Below, piece by piece: positions 12,590 to 24,554 of a stretch of 64,000 bases of DNA (the first letter of the stretch is position 1; each line of letters begins with the position of its first letter). Source of the stretch: Ylistrum balloti. Taxonomy: Eukaryota. Location: assembly GCF_031769215.1 (NCBI RefSeq), contig NW_026782134.1:496001-560000 (forward strand). Direction: 5' to 3'. The notes under the pieces were generated by a model. That model made no database searches. It was not told where the DNA came from and was given only the letters and a program-made list of their open reading frames with translations. A program made the translations under genes and the position numbers.

Positions 12590-13320
12590 TTCGTGGATTT
12601 ATGGCTGAGTATGCAAATATATAGTCTGGTTTTCTAGTTCAGACAGAGAAGTGTCAAGGAGTACATCTAAGTTTAAGGGTATGTATTAATTAAGTTGACG
12701 AAACAGTTTATTCGTTGGTCCATATGATTATCCTAGATAAAAAAGAAATGATAGGTATCTTCAACAGGAGAGTCACATGTTCAACGTTCGTAAGTAGATA
12801 GATTTACTCGAGAAAAAAAACACTAGCATTATTTCTTAACTTGGTATGCAAAATGTTATATTTCCATCACCGAATAGAAAACATTTGGAACTTGTGTCCG
12901 AACTTTGTCTAGAATGTAGTTTTTTAATAAAAGATTTTCGCTATGCCTAGCACTGATAGGTTGTTGATTCCATAGCCTAACAGTATAAGAAAAACAGAAG
13001 CATTAGACAATTGGAGTGTATTGTTACGTAGGATATAATTTTCAGCGTTTCTGAGGCCATTATGAGGGTTATCAACAAGTTGAGGGAGTAGAGTATTAAG
13101 ATATTCAGGAGCTGTATTTTGATCAATTTTATAAAATAATTGAAGCTTTCTACGGGATCTCCTATTGGCAAAAGTTTCCCAGCCGATTTTATTATATAAA
13201 GATTGTCTACTAGTGTAGGACGGTAAACCAGTGACAATGCGAGCAGTCTAAAGTTGTAACTTTTCTGATTTATTGGCATCGGTTAGAGAACAACCATCCC
13301 ATACTTCACAGCAATATTCT
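12590..13320 (-). mobile_element. 5'-truncated CR1-like LINE remnant
   Basis: Minus: EYCCEVWDGCS, ARIVTGLPSY, GWETFANRRSRRKLQLFYKI, TVRLWN, NILHTKLRNN, VEDTYHFFF. Confidence 0.88.
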
Positions 13321-14250
13321 TGATTTGTGCACGATGTGCATACCATAGTAAAATTGTACGAAATAAGCTTTCGCACATCTGTGCGCATGTTTCGTGATTC
13401 TATGGCACAGATGTGCGATTCTATCGTGGTTGATATAAATTTAGAAATGACTAATATAGGAGTGTGTGAAAGGGTTAATTTATTTCATAAATATACAAAA
13501 GTACAACTACGTATATTTCCTAATTAGTCAGTTAATATATAGGTTGAACATTTGTAGATCAATCACAAACTTAATGGTTGTATACACTCGTAATTTAAAG
13601 TGTTTTTTTTTTTTTGGAAAGCCCCACGCGTGACCAGTCTTAGTGTACGGACACTCATTATACATGTACATGTATATAAGATATATATGTAAACGTTGAA
13701 TGGACGTCTCTTTTTGTCTCGGCAATGGATCATCTAAAATCTCATACTGTCAGAAAAAAATATTTTCATTACTTCTGTATTACTATCATATTTCTATGAT
13801 TTTGTAAGCATAAAATATACACTCAGGAGAATCGTGTTATGTTGCTTTCACGTGCGACCCAGATGCTACGGATCCAGCCCTGTCAGGCATATATCTGTAT
13901 TCAGATGAATTTTGTTGCCCAAGGCGCACAACTCGACACTCTCTGAGAGGAAAAACTATACACGAAAAATTAATGCTGTTTCCAGTTATATTCCACAACT
14001 GTCGAATTGAAAATAACTTTTATAATCATCGATCAATTTTAAAAACTCACGTGATCGCTATTTAGTCATAAATGCACGAATTTTCCGTTTAATTTTTAAT
14101 CCGTAATGTTATCCAACCATTTATACCAAACCACACAAAATGTGAGATCTTATCGCACGATTACGCGGAAAATGCTGAAAACTGCGTGTGTTAGCATGAT
14201 GTGCTTTTTAGTTTTTAGTGCATCATACATTACCAGAACAGTATAAAATT

Positions 14251-15971
14251 ACTATCACACTGATGGTGTTGTTACCCTTCAAAGTCTGACAGTATCACAT
14301 CAGGACTATCACACTGATGGTGTTGTTACCATACAAAGTCTGACAGGATCACAGACTATCACACTGATGGTGTTGTTACCCTACAAAGTCTGACAGTATC
14401 ACATCAGGACTATCACACTGATGGTGTTGTTACCATACAAAGTATGACAGGATCACAGACTATCACACTGATGGTGTTGTTACCCTACAAAGTCTGACAG
14501 TATCACATCAGGACTATCACACTGATGGTGTTGTTACCCTACAAAGTCTGACAGGATCACATCAGGACTATCACACTGATGGTGTTGTTACCATACAAAG
14601 TATGACAGGATCACAGACTATCACACTGATGGTGTTGTTACCCTACAAAGTCTGACAGTATCACATCAGGACTATCACACTGATGGTGTTGTTACCCCAC
14701 AAAGTCTGACAGGATCACATCAGGACTGTCACGCTGATGGTGTTGTTACCCTACAAAGTCTGACAGGACAACATCAGGACTGTCACGCTGATGGTGTTGT
14801 TACCCTACAAAATCTGACAGGATCACAGACTATCACACTGATGGTGTTGTTACCCTACAAAGTCTGACAGGATCACAGACTATCACACTAATGGTGTTGT
14901 TACCATACAAAGTCTGACAGGATCACAGACTATCACACTGATGGTGTTGTTACCCTACAAAGTCTGACAGTATCACATCAGGACTATCACACTGATGGTG
15001 TTGTTACCCTACAAAGTCTGACAGTATCACATCAGCACTATCACACTGATGGTGTTGTTACCCCACAAAGTCTGACAGGATCACATCAGGTATGGTGTTG
15101 TTACCCTACAAATGACAGGACACCATCAGGACTATCACACTGATACAAAATCTGACAGGATCACAGACTATCACACTGATGGTGTTGCTACCCTACAAAG
15201 TCTGACAGGATCACAGACTATCACACTGATGGTGTTGTTACCCTACAAAGTCTGACAGGATTACATCAGGACTATCACACTGATGGTGTTGTTACCCTAC
15301 AAAATCTGACAGGATCACAGACTATCACACTGATGGTGTTGTTACCCTACAAAGTCTGACAGGATCACATCAGGACTATCACACTGATGGTGTTGTTACC
15401 CTACAAAGTCTGACAGTATCACATCAGCACTATCACACTGATGGTGTTGTTACCCCACAAAGTCTGACAGGATCACATCAGGACTGTCACGCTGATGGTG
15501 TTGTTACCCTACAAAGTCTGACAGGACACCATCAGGACTATCACACTGATGGTGTTGCTACCCTACAAAATCTGACAGGATCACAGACTATCACACTGAT
15601 GGTGTTGTTACCCTACAAAGTCTGACAGGATTACATCAGGACTATCACACTGATGGTGTTGTTACCCTACAAAGTCTGACAGGATCACATCAGGACTATC
15701 ACACTGATGGTGTTGTTACCCTACAAAGTATGACAGGATCACATCAGGACTATCACACTGATGGTGTTGTTACCCTACAAAGTCTGACAGGATCACATCA
15801 GGACTATCACACTGATGGTGCTGTTACCCCACAAAGTCTGATAGGATGACATTAGGACTGTCACGCTGATGGTGTTGTTACCCTACAAAGTCTGACAGGA
15901 TCACAGACTATCACACTGATGGTGTTGTTACCCCACAAAGTCTGAGAGTATCACATCAGGACTATCACACT
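14251..15971. repeat. 54/50-bp minisatellite (ACTATCACACTGATGGTGTTGTTACCCTACAAAGTCTGACAGGATCACATCAGG), about 33 copies
   Basis: Units start at 14251, 14305, 14355, 14409, 14459 and 14513; the short unit lacks 4 bp. Confidence 0.98.
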
Positions 15972-16499
15972 ACCACATGCTCGATGTATATTGTGAAAGG
16001 TGTTAACGTTGTAATATCTATCTCCTATACCACATTATACTTCTGATAAATTGTGTCCGTGCTGTTGGGATATTTTCATATGCTTCGCCCAATCTGCCGC
16101 TTAACATTTCTATATTTGCATAATAAGCTTGCATTTTTTGCATTAAGTAGAGCATAAAGATCTGCTATAAAATAGAGTGCATCTATAATGGTCACATTCT
16201 GTAACTTTCAAACTATTTTATTATTATTATATATTTTTCAGAATAAAGTGGATATATTTACATATCGTAGGTTTTATTTGCGACTGACCTGAAGTGTTCC
16301 AAGGAAATACATCATTTTGGTTGTTAGATATAGATGAATTCTACAAACTTATCATTTTCTGGGTTTTCTTTCTTATTAGTTATTTGCTGTCTCAGCATCA
16401 TCTACCGCAACTGATTCGGGCTTGCTCTAACTAGGAAAAAGAATGCTTGCAGTTGCCAGTTGGTCTTCTGGTGGTATCATGCTAATGCTGGACATCCAC

Positions 16500-16860
16500 A
16501 AATAGGGGCGTATACAATCTGTCTGTTCGAAAATCTATTTGTATTATTGTATTTATTGAACTTCAAAACATTTGAAACTGGAGAGTATCCTCCATCTCTG
16601 ATGTGACGGATTAGAAGTCTACTCTCAGTAATGGAGCCAGCAGGCTGGATATTTTAACAAAACATGAGAGTTGGTCTAAGACCTTCCTTATATAGTCCAG
16701 AGCCATCATTAAGGATAATAATTTTGTCTGGATCCACCAATCTGCCCGATTGTATGATTTAGTCAGGAGGTTGATGTGGAAGGTAGTTGTCCTGCTATAC
16801 GCATAGAGTTCCGATCCGATATAGGTCGGGTACTCTGTCTATGTGTATATACTTTAAATA
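16500..16860 (-). mobile_element. Possible decayed LINE apurinic endonuclease fragment
   Basis: Minus: GRLVDPDKIIILNDGSGLY resembles the LxILNDGS APE motif. The rest is highly degraded. Confidence 0.35.
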
Positions 16861-17015
16861 CAGCCATGCCTGTGCTATCAATGTTAAGATTGTTGGCTAC
16901 ACACGGACGGGTATACAATGGTATTCAGAAAGAGTCGCCATTAACGTTGACTAAAACGTACATCGGTAATAATTAGATAAAATCACTGACCTCGTATGAC
17001 AGGTACACTTTAGTG

Positions 17016-17021
17016 TATAAA
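17016..17021 (+). promoter_or_regulatory. Candidate TATA box of the fucosyltransferase gene
   Basis: TATAAA about 60 bp upstream of the proposed start ATG at 17078. Position only; no transcript data. Confidence 0.35.
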
Positions 17022-17077
17022 GTCTTAACTGTTTAAAATATTCGCATATGTAAACATATGTGGAGGAACACGACATC

Positions 17078-17106
17078 ATGGATTTACAAGGATTTTGTAC
17101 AGACAG
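17078..17106 (+). CDS. Predicted coding exon 1 of the fucosyltransferase (MDLQGFCTD + AG)
   Basis: catcATGG start and a consensus donor ACAG|GTAAGT at 17106/17107. Phase 2 matches the acceptor at 18287/18288. Confidence 0.7.
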
Positions 17107-18287
17107 GTAAGTTAAATTAATACTTATTAATTCACACTAATTGTTTGTTCTATTAATGTTTTGTTAGGTTTTTTTCCAATATGCCCCCTTCCATTCTGAA
17201 TATTTCAGGTTCCAACTTGTAGAAACATAACAGATAGTCGATTTACTTACCAATTATGTAAGATTGTATTTATGCTCAAAATGGTTGAAAAGTTGCCGTT
17301 GACAGTTAACTTATCCAGAGATGTGAAGACTAGTTAACACCTCTCCTGAAATACAAACATCAAACATATAATCATAGGTATCAATGTTCAGTACGTTTTA
17401 AGTTTGTAATGATATCATATAACACCAAATGTGCCTATATGCCAAGTCCCTGTTATACGCATGCTTCATATTTGATATTTAATCAACAGTATCATGTCGT
17501 CATTAACATATAGACTAGAAACTTGGACTCAATGAAGAGGAATTGGTCTATCCTCAACCATGATACATATATTGCGGTGGATACATAATATGTGAATTTT
17601 ATAAATAATAATAAATATAATAAGCAATAAACAAAAACATGCCTCTTAATCATTTAAGTGACATCAATTAACCGGCCTTTTAAATAATCTAAAGATAGTC
17701 TCTGCACATCATTTTTGAGACAACTATAACTCAACAATGATTTACGTTTGTGTTATCCACGGGAAACTGAATTCCGAAATTCATGACAGGATTTCGCAGA
17801 TAGCAATGTCTTCTAAAATACTATCTTTTATTAAAATGCAATATGATTACAAGCGCTTGTGAATCTCTGTCAAGAAAAAAGTTGAAAATCATATATATAT
17901 AGTTTAGAATGTCTAAGATAGGCGATTTGATGCCCTAGAGTTCGAGGACCGGACTAAATTTGTAAATCTATGATAAGTAAAGAAGACATGAAAATTAGCT
18001 TTTTTACACATGTATAGATGAATTTCCTCCTAGCCAGCGCGTCACCCTGAACTGATTTGCCAGTTCACTAGCTGCACGCTCACTTTGCGGCATTACAGAT
18101 GTGTCGCCTATTGGAGAGAGTTAACCGAGGGGAATCTTCTTCATATTGGCTTAGAGAGGCCCGTGACCTTCATAGTTATCCTGGTTCATTAACGCTGTCA
18201 TTTTGTAAGATATTTTGTAATTTAACAATGTATGTACTGCGATACCAGTTTTTTTATCAAATGCTTATGTTTATTATTTACTTGCAG

Positions 18288-19437
18288 ACATGTTATGGCT
18301 ATCGTGCTGTCGGTGACCTTCATTCCTTCCGCTATCCTCCTAGTCATCAGTATGGAGTCGGACATTCTAGCAAACATCCCGCGGATGGTATCAGCCATTG
18401 GAATGCCACACAAAATCATTAATGATGTAACGGTACTTCAGCACACCAAATCAATGTCACGTCAAGTACATATCCAATTTTATAACCCTCCTGAGTGGTT
18501 TAACAAAAACATTGCTTTGAGAGGATGTCCGAGTAACTGTTCGATGTCTACTGGCAGTCGTCATTACCATGATAAAGATGTTGTCATCTTTTTCGGTCCT
18601 CGTCTTGGCCCAAAACCAGTGCCTAAGAAACGAGGTCAAATCTGGGTCCTTCATGGCAAGGAGGCACCTCCTAACCATAACCACATAACAAAATGGCGTG
18701 GGCTTTTTAACTGGACGATGACATATCGGCGGGATTCAGATTTCCCTCATATGTATGGAGAATTTCGAAGTGTTGATAATCCTTCTGCACGGCTACCAAA
18801 CACAACCATGAAATTTGTCACTGTACATAATTCGACAAAATTCCCTAAACTTAAGAAAGTACCTTCCACAGCTTGGTTTGTGTCCCATTGTAGGACACAG
18901 AGTAAACGACAGGAGTACGTTAGGTCTCTTCGAGGCACGCATAGTGTGGATGTATTTGGAGCATGTGGTATCAATAGGTGCGACAAGAATAGAGATCGCC
19001 AATGTCTGTCACCATACAAGTTTTACTTATCATTCGAAAACTCCTTATGCAGGGATTACATTACAGAAAAGGCTTTTAAGATCTACTTTCACGAACATGA
19101 CTCAGTGCCGATTACTCGTGGTTTTAAAGGGATGTACCAATTATATCTTCCACCTGGATCATTTATCGATACCAGTGATCACAGGGGTATCGACCATTTA
19201 GGACGCTTTCTTAACACTCTAAGTAAAAATCAAACATCACACTCACAATTTTTCAAATGGAGACTACATTACCAACCTAGAGTTGATCATTATTTTCCGT
19301 TTTGTGAACTTTGTAATCGAATGCAGAAGCCGGATGTTTATACGCGTTACCATAGACTATACCAGGATATCAACCAGTGGGTCTTTGGGTCACCTGATGA
19401 CAAAATTTGTACCGAACCGACAGATCTACATAAATAA
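18288..19437 (+). CDS. Alpha-1,3/4-fucosyltransferase (GT10 family), main coding exon; the spliced protein is 392 aa
   Basis: Intact frame with a TM segment VMAIVLSVTFIPSAILLVISM and GT10 motifs FNWTMTYRRDSD, AWFVSHC, VDVFGACG, YKFYLSFENSLCRDYITEKAF, LPPGSFID, FFKWR and FCELC. Acceptor ttattatttacttgcag| ends at 18287. Confidence 0.95.
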
Positions 19438-19459
19438 GTTGACTCTTTAAAATGATAGA

Positions 19460-19775
19460 TCAAACTAAACTGGGCAGTCATCCCATCAGACAGTGTTTCT
19501 GCACTACAATTTATAGACACTGGAGATAGCTCAATGATCTGTCGATTTAAATTTGATTTTATGTTTATTACAAATATTAAATGAACAGGATATCGCTGTA
19601 GAACTATTGTATATCTCTTTCCACATTGGTGTTCCCGGCAATGAAAGAGCTGACAAACTAGAAAGCAAACAGGTAATCTCTTGATTATGACATTATTGAC
19701 ATTGATGTCGAACCGGAAGTCTAAGCATTGATTAAACAAACGATATAACAGTATATGGAATGTTTCGAGGAAAGA
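19460..19775 (+). mobile_element. Decayed I-clade LINE RNase H fragment just after the fucosyltransferase stop
   Basis: AVIPSDSVSALQFIDTG...HIGVPGNERADKL...EV*ALIKQTI. Confidence 0.8.
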
Positions 19776-19779
19776 CTTG

Positions 19780-20397
19780 TGTTGACTGGCAGCTGGATTT
19801 TAGATATTCGTACTGAACTTAACACATTGGTTTTAACTTATCTTTGGGATTGTGTTGATAAAGATACACATTTAATTATTTTGCCAAGACTTTTTGATAT
19901 TGACAGGAATTATTGGCAAATATTCAAACAACTCAGAAAGGCTTCTGTTACCGAAATCTGATAGACAATTTTTCTTTACAATTATGTTTTTTTTTAAATA
20001 ATAACTTATACTCGAAGCTTGCTTTAGACTTAGTTCAGATAATTTGAATATAAAATAGGAAAGATATAGAAACATTCAGAGGGACCTACGAATTTTGCAA
20101 CTCAGATGACAATGGAGACGAATTTCTTTTTATTTTAAAGTGTAACTTTCATCGTGATCTAAAATGTCAGTGTATTAAACCATGATATTATAAAAGACCA
20201 AGTGTTTTCAAGTTGATTAAGCTTTTTACTACTTAAAACAGTAATGAAATGAATGACTTAGGTAAAATTCTGACTTTTTGTATAAAACGTCGTAATGGAA
20301 TGTGATTAATTTTAGCTTGACGATAATCGCTATCTAAATGTAGAAAGTATTACTAATTAATCTCAATAACAAAACGAGTTTATATTGAACTTCTGAA
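19780..20397 (+). mobile_element. Decayed 3' fragment of an RTE-X-like LINE
   Basis: WILDIRTELNTLVLTYLW, RLSSDNLNIK*ERYRNIQRDLRI, CNSDDNGDEFLFILKC and YYKRPSVFKLI, which parallel ORF 6017..6727. There is a ttgaacttctgaa tail-like end. Confidence 0.8.
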
Positions 20398-20704
20398 AAT
20401 ATGGCATTTAGTTGCTGGGATTTTTGTACTTATTTCTGTAACCTTTAATTTTTAAAAAAAGGACAAGTACATGTTTCCCTTATTCAAAACACTTACTTTG
20501 TAAAATGAGTTAAAAATATGCCCAAGGCGAAATGGTGGAAATATTATTTCGTTCGATTTTGTCTGAACAATAAAATAATGACAGGGTTCATCACGATAAA
20601 GAGATAAATTTCTTTATTTCTTGAACAAACTTTACCTGATGACTTTACTAAAAATCCGTCATAGATTGGATATATCCATGCAATACATTTAAAGTAAAAC
20701 TATG

Positions 20705-21000
20705 ACACTGACACACAAATAGTATTGGGAGGATTAAACTACAGTCAAAGATACAAAAAACAATAACGCTAGAGATACAGTCAACACTGACACACAAATA
20801 GTATTAGGAGGATTAAACTACAGTCAAAGATACAAAAAACAATAACGCTAACGATACAAACAACACTGACACACAAATAGTGTTATATTTTAAAACAGTC
20901 AAAGATTTTACAAAAAACATAATGCTGGCAATCAACATTGACACACTTATTTATTAAAAAGATTCGACTTACAAAAAACAATAACCTAGAGATTTGATCC
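20705..21000. repeat. 79-bp tandem repeat: two well-conserved copies followed by progressively degenerate ones
   Basis: ACACTGACACACAAATAG at 20705, 20784 and 20863, with remnants at about 20934 and 21125-21180. Confidence 0.88.
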
Positions 21001-21759
21001 ACGACACACTGATATTTTGGATTTGGTTGATTCTTTCAAAACTTCATTTAGAATATCGATCATTTTTTTCCAAATACTCGTACATCAGTATCGGTAATAA
21101 TTTCTGACTTCAAAATTGCCTGTGAGGATTAAACTACAGCCCATGTCAAAAACATAATGTCTCTATGTGACACACAAATATCTGGGATGACAAGTCCCCC
21201 TTTTAAATTACAAAAATCATTAACTCTCTCTAAACTTTCTCACTTCCATTCCATATCAAAATATATATCAGACGATCAAATTCCTTCACTTGTTCTGAAC
21301 TGATCGCCTGTGTACAGACTAAATATGTTATTTAGGATATTATCAATGTATTAATTACAGTAATTTTCTCAAATTTAAGACAGTTTTCCCTATTCTTTAA
21401 CATATAATCTTAATCCACCGCAGAAATGAATTTTCAAATCCAAATTTCTCCAAACAGGTAATCATGAAGCTCCACTCTGTTGCGTCAATGGCCATAGAAA
21501 AATAAGATACGCGCGTCTTTAGTTTAAACATATTTTAATGCATAGAAAAAAGACAAAAGGACAGGGCACAAATTAGTACAACATTATTAACGTCCTCTCA
21601 TACATATTTCAACTAAACATGAATATTGGCTTTACTGGGTAAGATGTTTAGTGAACTGAATACAACTAAAAACAAGCAGACAAAGGCGAGAGACGGAGGC
21701 GGAGAGAGAGAGGGGACGGGGAGAAAGAGAGAAATGTACAAGTGATATGATTTTTTATG

Positions 21760-22490
21760 GATCAAACCTTCCGCTGGTCTTTGTAAATCTTTGCACACTT
21801 CGAAACACATCAATATTGCTTTGTTTTTGTCAATTTGGGGATACCTGATAATTGACAATCTAGGTTGAGTTCATAGCCTTTATTCAAACCTTGAAATAAC
21901 TCTACCCTATGGTGTCGATAATTAGGACATTCGCAGAAGAAATGATAGGCATTTCCACAAGGAGATCCGCAGATACAGGCAGGAATGTCAACCATTTTTA
22001 ACTATAAAAAGAACATGATTAAGTGAACTACAATCATATTTTAACTTAGTATGAATAATTTTTAGTTTTGTTAAAATAAAATCGTTAGCATCTCTTAAGG
22101 GATATCTGGTATTTTGGTTAATTGTGTTAGGAAGAATTCTATTAAGAAAATCTGGAGTAAGGCCGTTTTTCATTTTATACAGTAATTGAAGTTTCCTTCT
22201 TTTTCTTCTCAAAGATAGTCTTTCTAATTCTGTCTCGACATAAAGAGAGTCGTTAGGAGCATAGGATGGGAGACCGGTGATGATGTGAGCTGCCTCACGT
22301 TGGCATTTTTCTAAACTTTCATTTTCAGTAACTGTATACTGCAGTAATTTTAAATCGACAAAGTTAAAGACGTATTTATTTTAAACAGGATTTCCCTTTT
22401 CAACATATCCTTTAGACTCCTAAGATCATTTATTTTCTTCGTGACAGAAGTATGCCTAGATCTCCCTATTTACCTTCTACGTTGAGAACC
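21760..22490 (-). mobile_element. CR1-like LINE 3' remnant
   Basis: Minus: EAAHIITGLPSYA, RRKRRKLQLLYKMKNGLTPDFL, CICGSPCGNAYHFFCECPNYR, VFRSVQRFTKTSGRF. Confidence 0.87.
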
Positions 22491-22494
22491 ACTC

Positions 22495-22920
22495 CCCAAT
22501 GTCTATGACTGTAACTAAAATTTAAAAGTTCTACACACGTCTATATTAATTGCTCGGTATAATCAATACTCTTTACTTTGGCTTATATTATATCCTATAA
22601 ATCTATTCTTGGTGTATTCATTCTGATCGGTGCTAATTAGTTTCCCATAACCGGTTTAAACTTTGACGCTGAGACATATGCAGCTATTTTGCGTTCTATA
22701 TTTAAAAGAGCTATGGGACTCTGATTTTCTAAATTTTGCTCACTTCCTTCTTTTTGTATCAAAGAGATCAAACCTATTTTTGTGAATTACTCATTTCTCC
22801 TTCATCATAACCTTAATTTAAAGCGTCAAGTAATTTATTCCCGATTAAACCCGAAAAATTTCTCTAAAATCCCAAACTGAATCCACCGTATCCTGCACTT
22901 GTGTTTAGTTTCATCTTATT
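22495..22920 (-). mobile_element. L1/Tx1-clade LINE RT fragment
   Basis: Minus: MKLNTSAGYGG, GYDEGEMSNSQK, ISLIQKEG, PIALLNIERKI, KNRFIGYNI, IDYTEQLNID. These match the Tx1 RT N-terminal motifs with stops and frameshifts. Confidence 0.8.
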
Positions 22921-23252
22921 TATGGCCGTTTTGCATTACTCTATTATTAAAACCCCTTTCTGTAAATACCCTTCTAAATTAGTTTTGTCGAGCTTTGAAG
23001 TTTCATCAAATTAGCGCATACGCAGAGACATTGTTTACAACCTCCGGGAGACAATGATACGGGCTAGGTCATTCCTTTTATTGCTTGTTTCCTTTGTTTC
23101 GAACATCTTTTTTATAATGAACAAAAATGTTTTTACTTTTACATTTTACTTGTTACTTACAAATTTTTATCGGTTGTGATATGGAATTTTGTCTGTTCAA
23201 AAACAACCATGAGAGTACAATAATTCTACTCCACTACGACGCTTGTGCTCAA

Positions 23253-23317
23253 GAGTTACCTCCCTTCAGTCAGACGAAGAATGATCATACGTCTGGAAAC
23301 CATAAGGGGGATAACTC
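23253..23317. repeat. Nested inverted repeat
   Basis: GAGTTACCTCCCTT (23253-66) pairs with AAGGGGGATAACTC (23304-17) and encloses CAGACG/CGTCTG (23271-76 and 23290-95). Confidence 0.6.
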
Positions 23318-24060
23318 TAAACGAATTTTTATATCATTTGGGGAAAACACAGGTATTGTATATAAATTCCTCGATTTATTATAATTTTGAAAATATGTTT
23401 TATGAAACAAACTCACGGTGAATGATTTTGTTGGTCAGTACAACTTCTGAAAACGGAAAAAGTATACCACAAAATCTCTTCGTTTGAGTCAACCTCCTGT
23501 CCTCGAACTATGCGACGACAAAATACCTTTATAAAGTCACATGTTCAATTTGAAATTTGATCATGTAAGTGAATAATAAAAATGAAATATATAAAGTCAA
23601 TAAAAAAGAAAACAGCATTCAATTAACAGACATGATAGAAAGATATATACATACATAGATATAGTCACCTATTTGTTGTGTCAGTTTCCAAACATTTTGT
23701 CCGAGTCCATTTGACTGTAAAATTACCATTACAAGTTTCCATTTCACTAACGTAAAATTTCTACTTATTTAATTCTGTACAGAGTGGCAATGAGAACATA
23801 CTTGCCGGAAGAAGATTTTGTAAAGACTCTCTTTAGAGGACAGAACACGTTGCTTTGTTATGATAATGAGACGATGGACACGGAATTTGTTTCCGACTGT
23901 GCATTCTATCTAAGAACATGTGCAAACCTATATTTCAGTGCCGTCAGTGCGATTAACTGAGCCAATTTCCGAGATATGAAATATGCTGAACTTCTGGTTA
24001 ATTTCACTTTGTAAATTATCTTTATTTTTTTGTGCTCTCGTTTATATGAGGAATAAAGAC

Positions 24061-24090
<30 letters not shown>
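24061..24090. repeat. (ATG)10 microsatellite
   Basis: Read directly from the sequence. Confidence 0.98.
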
Positions 24091-24091
<1 letters not shown>

Positions 24092-24554
24092 CCAAAAAAA
24101 CATTTGCACTAAACATCGTAACAATGAGGATTAGTTTCTGTCTTGTATTGATCATGATATCAAAAGACAATGATGAGCCTGAATTAGAACAGATTTTCTT
24201 TCTTCTGTCTAAATGTGGCAAAATGGTTGACATCGAATTCTTAGGTCATCAGTTTACACATTTATTGTTTATTTCAGCACACCTCGATAATACCAAACTC
24301 TGATCTTTTGTGATTGAAGGCGTTCCAGAACAATTTCAACTGGAAATATACCTTTTTGTGACAATTTCCAAACTTCTGTAGAGGCAGGTTTCAACTTAAA
24401 TACAATATCATTATACTTGGTGATATTAGTGTTAAAATGTTTCACGTTGGGAACTTCATGATATTGCTATTATTTATAAGTTAAACAACAGGGGGTAGGA
24501 GTGAACATTTTCAAGTATATATTGTATTCTGATATATAGAGTTTGACCTGATGG

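Noticed and set aside
18232-18287. ATG 18232 as the fucosyltransferase start
   Set aside because: It lies upstream of a strong acceptor, and the spliced model gives the canonical type II topology.
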